This document shows, piece by piece, positions 55,521-63,727 of a stretch of 64,000 nucleotides of DNA (position 1 is its first letter; every line of letters begins with the position of its first letter). The notes beneath the pieces are model-generated. The model was not told the DNA's origin and did no database searches. It saw nothing but the letters and a program-made list of their open reading frames with translations. Position numbers and translations under genes: made by a program. The stretch spans positions 27,274-91,273 of the forward strand of contig DAHVCH010000008.1 in assembly GCA_027314165.1 (NCBI GenBank), in the 5' to 3' direction. The stretch comes from Thermoplasmata archaeon. GTDB taxonomy: Archaea > Thermoplasmatota > Thermoplasmata > Lutacidiplasmatales > UBA184.

Positions 55521-55958
55521 TTACGGGGCGCTGGAGAGGTCCGGACTCGTCGTCGGGCTCCGCGCGTAGCGGGCCTTGAGCACGGCCTCGCGAAGCGCCT
55601 CGGGGTTCGCCGGGGCCCGGACCAGGCTGTCGGCCCCCAACCGGGCGTCCGGATCGCTGGACGTCGCGCCGGCGTGCGGGTCCTCCTCTCCAAACGTCAC
55701 CGCCACGACGCGCCCTCCGGGCAGCGTGCGGCGCGTCTCGCGGACGGTGTTCCGCCAGATCTCGGGCGGTCCGCTCAGACAGAGGACGACCACTCCGTCG
55801 GAGAGGTCGTAACGCGCCGAAGGCGGGATCTCGCGGGGGCTCGACACCTCGGCGGTCGCCTTGACGCCCTGGCTGGCCAGCGACTCCTTGACCAGGTAGC
55901 GTATCATCGGGTCCTCTCCGACGAGGAGGGCCCGCAGCCTCTGGGAGACCTCGGCCAC
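55521..55958 (-). CDS. Atypical (pseudo-)receiver domain protein, CheY-like fold
   Basis: ALLVGEDPMIRYLVKESL (beta1-alpha1), VVVLCLS (beta3, no Asp), VVAVT (beta4), GADSLVRAPANPEALREAV (beta5-alpha5, conserved Lys replaced). Confidence 0.65.
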   Translation of the reverse strand: MAEVSQRLRALLVGEDPMIRYLVKESLASQGVKATAEVSSPREIPPSARYDLSDGVVVLCLSGPPEIWRNTVRETRRTLPGGRVVAVTFGEEDPHAGATSSDPDARLGADSLVRAPANPEALREAVLKARYARSPTTSPDLSSAP

Positions 55959-56107
55959 GTCTAGGGCGAGCTTGGCGGCCTATATCTGTATAATGTTACA
56001 CACCCGGTGGGTTCCCGGAGGTCCTTCCGGCCGAACGGCGGCCGCGCGGGACGGCCACTCCCTGGTACCCTGGGAGGGGGCACCCGTCACACCCACGGAA
56101 GGGAAGC

Positions 56108-56117
56108 TATTGATATA
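56108..56117 (+). promoter_or_regulatory. TATA-like box upstream of SUI1
   Basis: TATTGATATA ending 26 nt before the TTG start, compatible with a leaderless or very short-leader transcript. Confidence 0.5.
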
Positions 56118-56143
56118 CCGCCGTCCTCTTCTCCACTGACACC

Positions 56144-56422
56144 TTGCAGGACTACGACCCTCTCCGGGAAGTTACCCAAGAACTCGACAGAGAAGAAGCC
56201 GTTCTGAGCGTCCGCGTGGAGCGGCGTCGGTACAACAAACCGACGACGGTCATCACGGGATTCCCGAAGGACGCTGACCTTCATGGGATCGCGAAGCAGC
56301 TCAAGACCTCGCTCGCCACCGGAGGGACCGGCAAGGACGGGGAGATCGTCCTGCTGGGCGACCACGGACGGCGCGCGAGGGAGAAGCTCGAGACCCTCGG
56401 CTACCACGTCGCCGAGGCGTGA
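56144..56422 (+). CDS. sui1: Translation initiation factor aIF1 (SUI1/eIF1 family)
   Basis: LDREEAVLSVRVERRRYNKPTTVITG...AKQLKTSLATGGTGKDGEIVLLGDH; TTG start with an in-frame stop at 56111. Confidence 0.92.
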   Translation: MQDYDPLREVTQELDREEAVLSVRVERRRYNKPTTVITGFPKDADLHGIAKQLKTSLATGGTGKDGEIVLLGDHGRRAREKLETLGYHVAEA

Positions 56423-56455
56423 GCGGTCGGCTCCAGGGATGGAGCGGGGTCAGCG

Positions 56456-56812
56456 ATGGCCATCCAGCCCCTTCAGCCCGATGACGACGACCTGGAAGCG
56501 CCGTTGGCGCTGGACGACGCGTTGCTCGAACGGGCCGTCCAACTTTACAGCGAACTCCGTTTGATCAAGCGGCCACCGGAGGGCGCCCCCGGGGCCGAGC
56601 GCAAGAGCGTCCGGTGGCTCCGGGAAGAGGCGGAGCGGCTCGGACGGGACTTTGATCCCGCCTGGGTCCCCTGGCTCCGACGGGCGTTCCTGGAGATCGA
56701 GGGTGACGTCAAGGAGAGCGTGGCCAGGCGGCGTTTCGCCTGGCACGGGGGCCCCCGGCGGAGCCGGGAGCCCCCGTCGCTGAGCGAGGCGCTCAGCTGT
56801 GGTTCCAGGTGA
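56456..56812 (+). CDS. Hypothetical protein
   Basis: 118-aa helical-looking ORF 33 bp after sui1; the 3' end overlaps the convergent peptidase gene. Confidence 0.55.
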   Translation: MAIQPLQPDDDDLEAPLALDDALLERAVQLYSELRLIKRPPEGAPGAERKSVRWLREEAERLGRDFDPAWVPWLRRAFLEIEGDVKESVARRRFAWHGGPRRSREPPSLSEALSCGSR

Positions 56813-57659
56813 CCGAGAAGTCCTCACCGGAGCCGGAGAGGCCGCTCGGCGCCGCCTTGACGTAGTTCTTCCCGGACATCGTGATCTCGGCCGCGGCCCA
56901 GGACGAGTCCTGGATCGCGCCCGTGGTGCCGCTGATGGTCGCGGTGCACGCCGTGAAGTCGACCGTCCCGAAGTCCGCGAGCGGAAGGACACGGCCGGAG
57001 GAGGGGGCTTCCGCGATCCACTCGGCGCTCGAGCGCTGAGCGTTGCTGACGCTCCCATTCTGGAAGTAGACCCAGTTCGCGGTGGTGTCCGCGACGCTGA
57101 CCTCGAAGTTCGTGCCGCCCGTCCAGAGGACTTGGGCAGTGATCACATCGCCGGGGGTCACGGGGTACAGGGTGGTCGGAAGGTTCACGGGGTAGGCCGG
57201 ATAGAACTCGTACCAGGCGTAGTAGGAGGGTGCCCCGGACGCGCAGTCCGAGTCCGTGCCCGTCTGCTCCACGGTGGAGCTCGAGTATCCGTCGATCCCG
57301 ACCCAGAACGCGGAGTAGGAGTCATGCGTGCCGCACTGGACGCTCGGCTGGGTCCAGCTGCCCTTGACGTCGCTGACGGCGTTAGTTGCGGGCGAGGAAA
57401 GGCAGGTCTCCGCCGCGTACCCGCCCCAGTTGGAGCTCGAGGTCTGCGTGACGATGCCGGTCCCACATGCGCCGGTCCCGCCACCACCGCCGTGGCCGTG
57501 GCCGTTGCCGAACTGCACGTGGGAAGCCGCGACCGCGTGGGCGACCGCAGCTCCGGATAGGAGGGCCGGTAGAAGGAGGACCGCGAGGGCTGCGATCCCA
57601 GCGGGGGCCAAAGTCGCCAAGGTTGCTCGTCGGTGAGACCGGAGGGGTTGGTGGGTCAT
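56793..57659 (-). CDS. Secreted G1-family glutamic endopeptidase (eqolisin / peptidase A4)
   Basis: Signal peptide; SSNWGGY, WVGIDG, EQTG (catalytic Q), AWYEFYP, SAEWIAE (catalytic E), LADFGTVDFT. Confidence 0.92.
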   Translation of the reverse strand: MTHQPLRSHRRATLATLAPAGIAALAVLLLPALLSGAAVAHAVAASHVQFGNGHGHGGGGGTGACGTGIVTQTSSSNWGGYAAETCLSSPATNAVSDVKGSWTQPSVQCGTHDSYSAFWVGIDGYSSSTVEQTGTDSDCASGAPSYYAWYEFYPAYPVNLPTTLYPVTPGDVITAQVLWTGGTNFEVSVADTTANWVYFQNGSVSNAQRSSAEWIAEAPSSGRVLPLADFGTVDFTACTATISGTTGAIQDSSWAAAEITMSGKNYVKAAPSGLSGSGEDFSVTWNHS

Positions 57660-57855
57660 CGAACGACCTGCCGCCGGCCCGAGGATAAATCTTCCGTCGA
57701 GCAGAACGTCGCGTGGGCTCCCGACGCATGCCGGTACCCCGCACGACCCCCAATGGGAGCCCGCCGTGGTGTGCCCTTGGAGGCTTCCCTGGCTCGAGAG
57801 CGGTGCCAGGGATCGGTCGGAGGCCCCCCCCCACGCCCTGCTCCGAGAACGGGGC

Positions 57856-58884
57856 TCAAGACCTCTGTCGCACCGGCCACTCGCCGCAGACCCGGCAGAA
57901 GTCGGTGTCTCTCGAGACCAACTGATAGCCGCAGGCCGGACAGGGGTCGTCCCCGTTCCGGGCGATCGGAGGGCCGTCCCCGAACTCCTGCCGGAACACG
58001 CGGTAGTAGGCGAGATGCTCCGGGTCCCTCAGTCGGACCCCGTCCTCCTGCAGGACCCGCGCCCGCTCCCTCTCGAACTCGTGGGGCGGGATCTCTCGCT
58101 CAAAGAAGCTCCGAAGGGCGGCGCTGCCGGAGCCCACCTCGATGGGGTCCTTCCGGCGCCATCGGTTCGGGACGTCGGGGAACGCGAGGCGGAGGAGGTA
58201 CTTGCCGTGGGTCGCCCCGTCGACGGTCCGCACCTTCGCGGATCTCGGGAGGGTGAGGGAGAATCGCACGATGGCGGGGTCCATGTACGGGGCCTGGACC
58301 TCGACCCCGAGGGCCCGGCCGAGAGGATCGGACGAGAAGCTCATCCCGTGGGCCATCCGTTCGGAAGCCCGCCGGAACTCCTCCTCGTCCTTCCCCCACA
58401 GGAAGGAGTAGCCCCCGAAGAGCTCGTCCGCGGCGTCGCCGGTCAGCACCTGGGTGAGGCCCCTCTCCGCCGCCTCCCGCAGCCCCCGGGAAACGACGAG
58501 GCTGTTGCGGACCTCCATCGGATCGAAGGTCCGCATCGTGCGAACGACCAGGTGCGCCTCCCGAAGCAGCCCGGGGAGGTCCGTACGGACGACGTGATGG
58601 GTGAGCCCGCAACGCTCCGCCACGGCGATCGCGTGCTCCTCGTCCGGCGGGTGGTCGCCGACGAGCACGGTGACCCCTGCGGTCAAGCCCCGGGACCGTG
58701 CGACCTCCGCGAGGATGGAGGTGTCCAGGCCCCCCGAGAGCAGGATGGTCTCCGCCGGATGCGGCCCCACCGCGTCGGACACCAGTCCGCGCAGGGTCTC
58801 GGCCGCCTCGCGAAGCCCCTCTTCCACCGGAGGTACGTGGGGTACGGTCGGGAGGGCGGTCGGGAGGGAAGTCGGAGGGGTCAC
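57856..58884 (-). CDS. Asparagine synthase C-terminal (synthetase) domain protein without a glutaminase domain
   Basis: PP-loop LLSGGLDTS, LTGDAADELFGGY, APYMDP, RRKDPIEVGSG; C-terminal CPAC...CRVC zinc ribbon. GTG start. Confidence 0.85.
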   Translation of the reverse strand: MTPPTSLPTALPTVPHVPPVEEGLREAAETLRGLVSDAVGPHPAETILLSGGLDTSILAEVARSRGLTAGVTVLVGDHPPDEEHAIAVAERCGLTHHVVRTDLPGLLREAHLVVRTMRTFDPMEVRNSLVVSRGLREAAERGLTQVLTGDAADELFGGYSFLWGKDEEEFRRASERMAHGMSFSSDPLGRALGVEVQAPYMDPAIVRFSLTLPRSAKVRTVDGATHGKYLLRLAFPDVPNRWRRKDPIEVGSGSAALRSFFEREIPPHEFERERARVLQEDGVRLRDPEHLAYYRVFRQEFGDGPPIARNGDDPCPACGYQLVSRDTDFCRVCGEWPVRQRS

Positions 58885-58970
58885 GAGATCTCCCAGCGCT
58901 GATGCGAGCGTCCAAGAGACATAAATGTCGGACCCCTGGGGGGGCTCCGAAGGAATCCAGGAGGTCCCAG

Positions 58971-59915
58971 GTGTCCGCTCAGCCCACGACCCCCCCCAAG
59001 CGCATCGTGTCTTTCCTTCCGAGCGCGACGGAGATGGTCTGCGCCCTGGGACTCGCCGATCGCCTGGTCGGGATCACCCACGAGTGCGACTACCCTCCGG
59101 AGATCCGGGGACGGCCCGTCGTCATCCGGCCGGCCCTTCCCATGGAGGGGCTCACCCCCGAGGAGGTGGACCGGCAGGTCTCGCAACGTCTGCGCAGGGG
59201 GGAGAGCCTGTACCAGGCGGACGAAGAGATGCTGCGCAGGCTCGACCCGGATCTCATCTTGACGCAGGACCTCTGCCAGGTCTGCGCGCCCTCCGGCAAC
59301 GAGCTCTCCCAGGTGCTTCGGGCGCTTCCACGGCCACCGAAGGTCCTGTGGCAGACCCCGCACAACCTGGAGGAGGTCTTCGGCTGCCTCCTGGAGCTCG
59401 GGGAAGCGACGGGCAAGTCGAAGGAGGCGCGCGCTCTCGTCGAACAGGGACGCGCCCGCTTGGACCGGGTCCGCGCGAGGGTCGCGGGGCTGCCGAGGCC
59501 GCGCGTGTTCATGATGGAGTGGGTGGACCCGGTCTACTGCGCGGGTCACTGGGTGCCGGAAATGATCGACCTGGCCGGGGGAGAGGACCGTCTCGGACGC
59601 AAGGGAGCGTTCTCGGTACGGGTCCCCTGGGAGGAGGTCGTCCGCTGGGCACCGGAGGTGCTGGTCCTCGCGCCCTGCAGCGTCCCCCTTCCGCAAGCGG
59701 TCGAGCAGTGGCAGCGGCTACGAGGTCGGCCGGGCACCGACAAGCTTCCGGCGGTCCGGAACGGACAGGTGGTGGCCGTGGCCTCGAGCTCGTACTTCGC
59801 ACGGCCCGGTCCCCGGGTCGTCCCGGGGGTCGAGCTGCTCGCCCACCTCTTCCATCCGGGCGAGGTTCCCTGGGACGGTCCTACCGACGCCTTTGTGCGG
59901 CTCGACGCCCGGTGA
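58971..59915 (+). CDS. BtuF-like periplasmic-binding-fold protein lacking a signal peptide (Cys-rich)
   Basis: RIVSFLPSATEMVCALG...GITHECDYP...TQDLCQVCAP...AGHWVPEMIDLAGG...FARPGPR; GTG 58971 after AGGAGGT; no hydrophobic N-terminus. Confidence 0.82.
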   Translation: MSAQPTTPPKRIVSFLPSATEMVCALGLADRLVGITHECDYPPEIRGRPVVIRPALPMEGLTPEEVDRQVSQRLRRGESLYQADEEMLRRLDPDLILTQDLCQVCAPSGNELSQVLRALPRPPKVLWQTPHNLEEVFGCLLELGEATGKSKEARALVEQGRARLDRVRARVAGLPRPRVFMMEWVDPVYCAGHWVPEMIDLAGGEDRLGRKGAFSVRVPWEEVVRWAPEVLVLAPCSVPLPQAVEQWQRLRGRPGTDKLPAVRNGQVVAVASSSYFARPGPRVVPGVELLAHLFHPGEVPWDGPTDAFVRLDAR

Positions 59916-61335
59916 GCCCGGTCGAGCCCTCGCCGCTCCCGTCGGGAGCCCCCTCGGTACCGAGGAAGCGCGCGAGGAAACCCGGGACCTGGTCGAACCG
60001 GACGTGAAGGTAGGACGCGAAGGCGCGCCCCCGGAAGTAGCCATCCCTGACGGGGTCTCCCCCGGCGATCCTCCGGACCTCCAACGCCCACGACTGCTCC
60101 TTCGGCGCCACGCGGACGGAGTGATGGTAGAGGTGCCCGTGGACGCGGTCTTGCCGCCTTCCGAGGAGAACATCCTGCCTCAGCCTCGCCTCCACGTATC
60201 CGAAGCCCCCGAGCCGGGGGGAGAGGCGGGCGGACCCGGGGAAAGCTCCGGCCATGGTGTGGCGGCGCCCCTGCATGTCGTAGAGGCGGTCGAGCAGGTA
60301 CATCATCCCCCCGCACTCGGCGTAGACCGGACGCCCGTCCCGCACCCATCGTCGCATCTCCCGGCCCAAGCCGTCGTTGCGGGAGAGCTCGGCCGCGTGC
60401 AGCTCCGGAAATCCCCCTGGCAGGTAGATCGCGTCGGCTCCAGGGGGAAGGCCCTCGCCGGCCACCGGGGAGAACTCGACGAGCCTCGCCCCTGCGGCCT
60501 GTAGCGACTCCAGGTTCTCGGGATACACGAAACAGAAAGCGGGATCTGAGGCCACCGCGACCTGAGGGTGAGCGAGCGCCAGGATCCCGCTCCGCCGGGC
60601 CTCGTCCCTGGGTGAGGGGAGCGGGCGCGCCGCCCGGGCGACGGCGAGGACCGACGGCAGGTCCACATGCTCCTCCACGAGCGCCGCCGCACGACGGACC
60701 CGACGGGAGAGCCTCCCCCCGGGGTCGGTACGCGGAGTGACCAGCCCGAGGTGGCGTTCGGGGAGGGTCGCCTCCGGCTCCCACGGCAGGACCCCCAGCA
60801 CCGGTACCCCGGCCTTCTCCTCGATGGCGCGCCGGACCGCGGAGGAGTGCCATCCCCGTCCCGCCCGGTCGACCAGGACGCCCTTGAGCCGGGACCCGAG
60901 CAGGTGCCGGGCCCCCCTCGCGTGCACCGCGAGCGTCTCGGAGGCGGCGGAGGCGTCCAGGACCAGCAGGATGGGGAGGTCGAGGGCCTTGGCCACGTCG
61001 AGGGACGAGGTCCCCCACTCTTCCCCGTCCATGAGGCCCATCGCCCCCTCCACTATCGACACGCCTCCCGGCGCCCGGGCGCAGGTGCGGAGGAAGTCCT
61101 CGCGCATGGTTGGTTCCGGGACGAGCCACGTGTCGAGGTTCCGTGCGGGTGCGCCCGCCGCGACAGACAGCACCTGGGGGTCGAGGAAATCCGGCCCGCA
61201 CTTGAACGCCCGTGTCCTCAGCCCCCTCCGTCGCAGGGCTCCCAGAAGCCCGCTCGCCACCGTGGTCTTCCCGGCGGAGGACGTGAGCCCGGCGACGAGC
61301 ACGCGTGGGGCTTCCGACCGTTCGGGAAAGGGCAT
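59881..61335 (-). CDS. cbiA: Cobyrinate a,c-diamide synthase (CbiA/CobB family)
   Basis: SSAGKTT, FKCGPDFLDP, IVEGAMGLMDG, LPERHLGL, AFCFVYPEN, GGFPELH, YAECGGMMYL, ASYLH. Confidence 0.9.
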   Translation of the reverse strand: MPFPERSEAPRVLVAGLTSSAGKTTVASGLLGALRRRGLRTRAFKCGPDFLDPQVLSVAAGAPARNLDTWLVPEPTMREDFLRTCARAPGGVSIVEGAMGLMDGEEWGTSSLDVAKALDLPILLVLDASAASETLAVHARGARHLLGSRLKGVLVDRAGRGWHSSAVRRAIEEKAGVPVLGVLPWEPEATLPERHLGLVTPRTDPGGRLSRRVRRAAALVEEHVDLPSVLAVARAARPLPSPRDEARRSGILALAHPQVAVASDPAFCFVYPENLESLQAAGARLVEFSPVAGEGLPPGADAIYLPGGFPELHAAELSRNDGLGREMRRWVRDGRPVYAECGGMMYLLDRLYDMQGRRHTMAGAFPGSARLSPRLGGFGYVEARLRQDVLLGRRQDRVHGHLYHHSVRVAPKEQSWALEVRRIAGGDPVRDGYFRGRAFASYLHVRFDQVPGFLARFLGTEGAPDGSGEGSTGLTGRRAAQRRR

Positions 61336-61442
61336 CGTCCGAGGTAGGCGAACCTGCCCTTGGGCTTATCGGTGGTCTCGCGCGCCGGAGCGCTCGGGAC
61401 CTCCCGCAAGGATTATGTGAAAGAGCCCTTGATGCAAATCCA

Positions 61443-62501
61443 ATGTCCTTGAGTGACACGCCGTCCGCAGCCTCCTCCGCCCCCCGCAGGACCCTCTCCC
61501 TCACGTTGGCCGTCGTGCTCCTCGTCGCGGTGGCCGCCGTCGCGGTCGGAGCTACCGCCGGCTACTACGCCCTCCATCCTTCGTCCCCGGCCCCGGGACC
61601 GGGCGACGTGACCGTCGTCGACGACCTGGGGAGGACCGTGACCGCGCCCGCCAACGCCGGGAAGATCGTCGTGCTGGCCCCCAGCGTGATGGACATGGTC
61701 TTCCGTCTGGGCCTCCGCTCGAGCGTGGTCGCGGTGGGCTGCACGGCGTCGATCCCCGGAGGGATCCTGAACGAGTACTCCCCCAACCAGACGGCGGCCT
61801 GGAGCCTCACGAACGCGACCTGCGTCACCGACTACCCCACGCTCAACACGGAGGGGATCGCCAACGCGAGCGCACAGCTGGTGCTCGCCTCGACCATCAC
61901 GAGCCAGTCGGCGGTGGAAACCCTCACCGGCACCTACCACATCCCGGTGGTCATCCTCGCCCCCTCCACGCTGGAGGGCATCGTCGGGGACGTGCGGATC
62001 TTGGGGCAGCTCTTCCCGTCCGCGTCCGCTTCCGCGAGGTCGCTCGAGTCCGAGCTCTCCCGGACGCTCACGAGCGTCACGAGCGAGGACGCCAATCTCA
62101 CCAACGCCCAGGTCGCGGTCCCCTCGGTCCTGCTCTCCTACTACTTCGACTCGGGGGGCTACTACACCTTCGGGCCCGGCACGTTCGGGGCCTCGATGAT
62201 CGACCTGGCGGGCGGGAGCAACCTCGCGGGCTCCGTGCCGCTGCAGTATGACGAGATCAACGCCACCGTCGTGCTCAACGACCAGCCCACGACCATCCTC
62301 TACGGGACCAGCTGGAACGACCCCGACCTGGTGGCGGGGGAGACCCCGGGTGTCTGGGCCACCGCGCCGTATTGGTCGCAGTTGAACGGCGCCAAGATCC
62401 CCCTGGACGTGACGGAGGTCTCCGAGCCCGACCCGACGATGATCCTGGCGTTGCCCTGGGTACAACACGACCTGTTCCCGTCTCTCGTGCCCGCGCCTTG
62501 A
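61443..62501 (+). CDS. btuF: ABC transporter substrate-binding protein, cobalamin/siderophore (BtuF-like), membrane anchored
   Basis: N-terminal TM; VVDDLGRTV...IVVLAPSVMDMVFRLG; GPGTFGASMIDLAGG; first gene of an F-C-D-type operon. Confidence 0.75.
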   Translation: MSLSDTPSAASSAPRRTLSLTLAVVLLVAVAAVAVGATAGYYALHPSSPAPGPGDVTVVDDLGRTVTAPANAGKIVVLAPSVMDMVFRLGLRSSVVAVGCTASIPGGILNEYSPNQTAAWSLTNATCVTDYPTLNTEGIANASAQLVLASTITSQSAVETLTGTYHIPVVILAPSTLEGIVGDVRILGQLFPSASASARSLESELSRTLTSVTSEDANLTNAQVAVPSVLLSYYFDSGGYYTFGPGTFGASMIDLAGGSNLAGSVPLQYDEINATVVLNDQPTTILYGTSWNDPDLVAGETPGVWATAPYWSQLNGAKIPLDVTEVSEPDPTMILALPWVQHDLFPSLVPAP

Positions 62502-62635
62502 CGGAAGGCCTCGGGGCCGACCCCCGTCCCGGCCCCGGGCGCGATGCCCGAGGGACAGGGCATGCGAAGGAGGGCGGCTCGATCGGTCCGCCTTCGGGGC
62601 CCCGACCCGGCAAGGAGAAGGGGGCCCAGGGAGGG

Positions 62636-63727
62636 GTGCGCGCGGCTTGGGGCCACCCGCGATCCGGCGCGCTCCTGCTGTTGCTGGGGCTCGCGGCTGC
62701 GGTCCTGCTCTCTCCTCTCATCGGGCCCGAGCCGCTTCCTTGGAAGGACGTCCTGTCGATCATGCTCCACCAGGCGGCGGGGGGGGCCCTGGGGTCCGGG
62801 TCCTGCCTGCCGGCGGTCCCGCCCGCCCAGTGTCACGTGTGGACGGTGATCGTGTGGGACGCCCGGGTCCCGGCGGTGCTCCTCGCCGCCTTTGTCGGCG
62901 CCTCCCTCGGCGTGTCCGGCGCCTCGCTCCAGGGCGTCTTCCGGAACCCGCTCGCGGACCCGTACCTTCTCGGACTCTCCTCCGGAGCCGCCCTCGGCGC
63001 GGCCGCCGCCTTCGCGCTCACCGTGTCCCCCGGCAGCTCGCTGAACCCCGCGACCCGGTCCCTCCTCCTGCCGGTGGCGGCCTTCGCCGGAGGGCTGGTG
63101 CCAGGGACGGTGGTCCTCCTCGCCTCCCTCTCGGGAAGGGTGGGCGCCGGTTCGCTCATCATGGTGGGGATCGCTCTGAACGCCCTCTTCTCCGCCATCA
63201 TCTCCGCGGTGCTCCTCTACAACCAGAACATCACGATCCAGGTGACCTTCTGGCTCTGGGGCGGGCTCTCCTACGCCACCTGGACGAACGACGCGCTCGT
63301 CCTCTCCGTCCTCATGGTCGCCGGGATGCTCCTCGCGCTCCACGGGCGGCCGTTGAACCTGCTCCAGCTGGGCGAGGACGTCGCCTCCAGCCTCGGCACG
63401 GACGCCCCGAAGGTCATGCGACGTGTGGTCCTCCTCACCACCATCCTCACCGCCGCCGCGGTGGCCTTCGTCGGGATCATCGGGTTCGTGGGGCTGATCG
63501 CTCCCCACGTGGTCCGGCGGGTGGTGGGCGTGGACTATCGACGTGTCCTCCCGCTCTCGATGGCCACCGGCGCGGGCTTCCTGATCATTTCCTGGGACGC
63601 CGCGCAGATCATCATCCCCACGGTCGTGCTTCCGGTCGGCATCCTCACGGGCTTCGTCGGCTCCGCGTTCTTCCTCTACGTGCTGTTCCGCCGTTGGCTC
63701 CCCCGGGGGAGCGGGAGCTCGCGATGA
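62636..63727 (+). CDS. btuC: FecCD/BtuC family ABC permease
   Basis: RVPAVLLAAFVGASLGVSGASLQGVFRNPLADPYLLGLSSGA, LNLLQLGEDVASSLG, GIIGFVGLIAPH. Start uncertain (GTG 62636 after GGGAGGG). Confidence 0.85.
   Translation: MRAAWGHPRSGALLLLLGLAAAVLLSPLIGPEPLPWKDVLSIMLHQAAGGALGSGSCLPAVPPAQCHVWTVIVWDARVPAVLLAAFVGASLGVSGASLQGVFRNPLADPYLLGLSSGAALGAAAAFALTVSPGSSLNPATRSLLLPVAAFAGGLVPGTVVLLASLSGRVGAGSLIMVGIALNALFSAIISAVLLYNQNITIQVTFWLWGGLSYATWTNDALVLSVLMVAGMLLALHGRPLNLLQLGEDVASSLGTDAPKVMRRVVLLTTILTAAAVAFVGIIGFVGLIAPHVVRRVVGVDYRRVLPLSMATGAGFLIISWDAAQIIIPTVVLPVGILTGFVGSAFFLYVLFRRWLPRGSGSSR

Noticed and set aside
61336-61442. Cobalamin riboswitch between cbiA and btuF
   Set aside because: Only 107 bp, largely taken by promoter elements; no B12-box or GGGAA core was seen.
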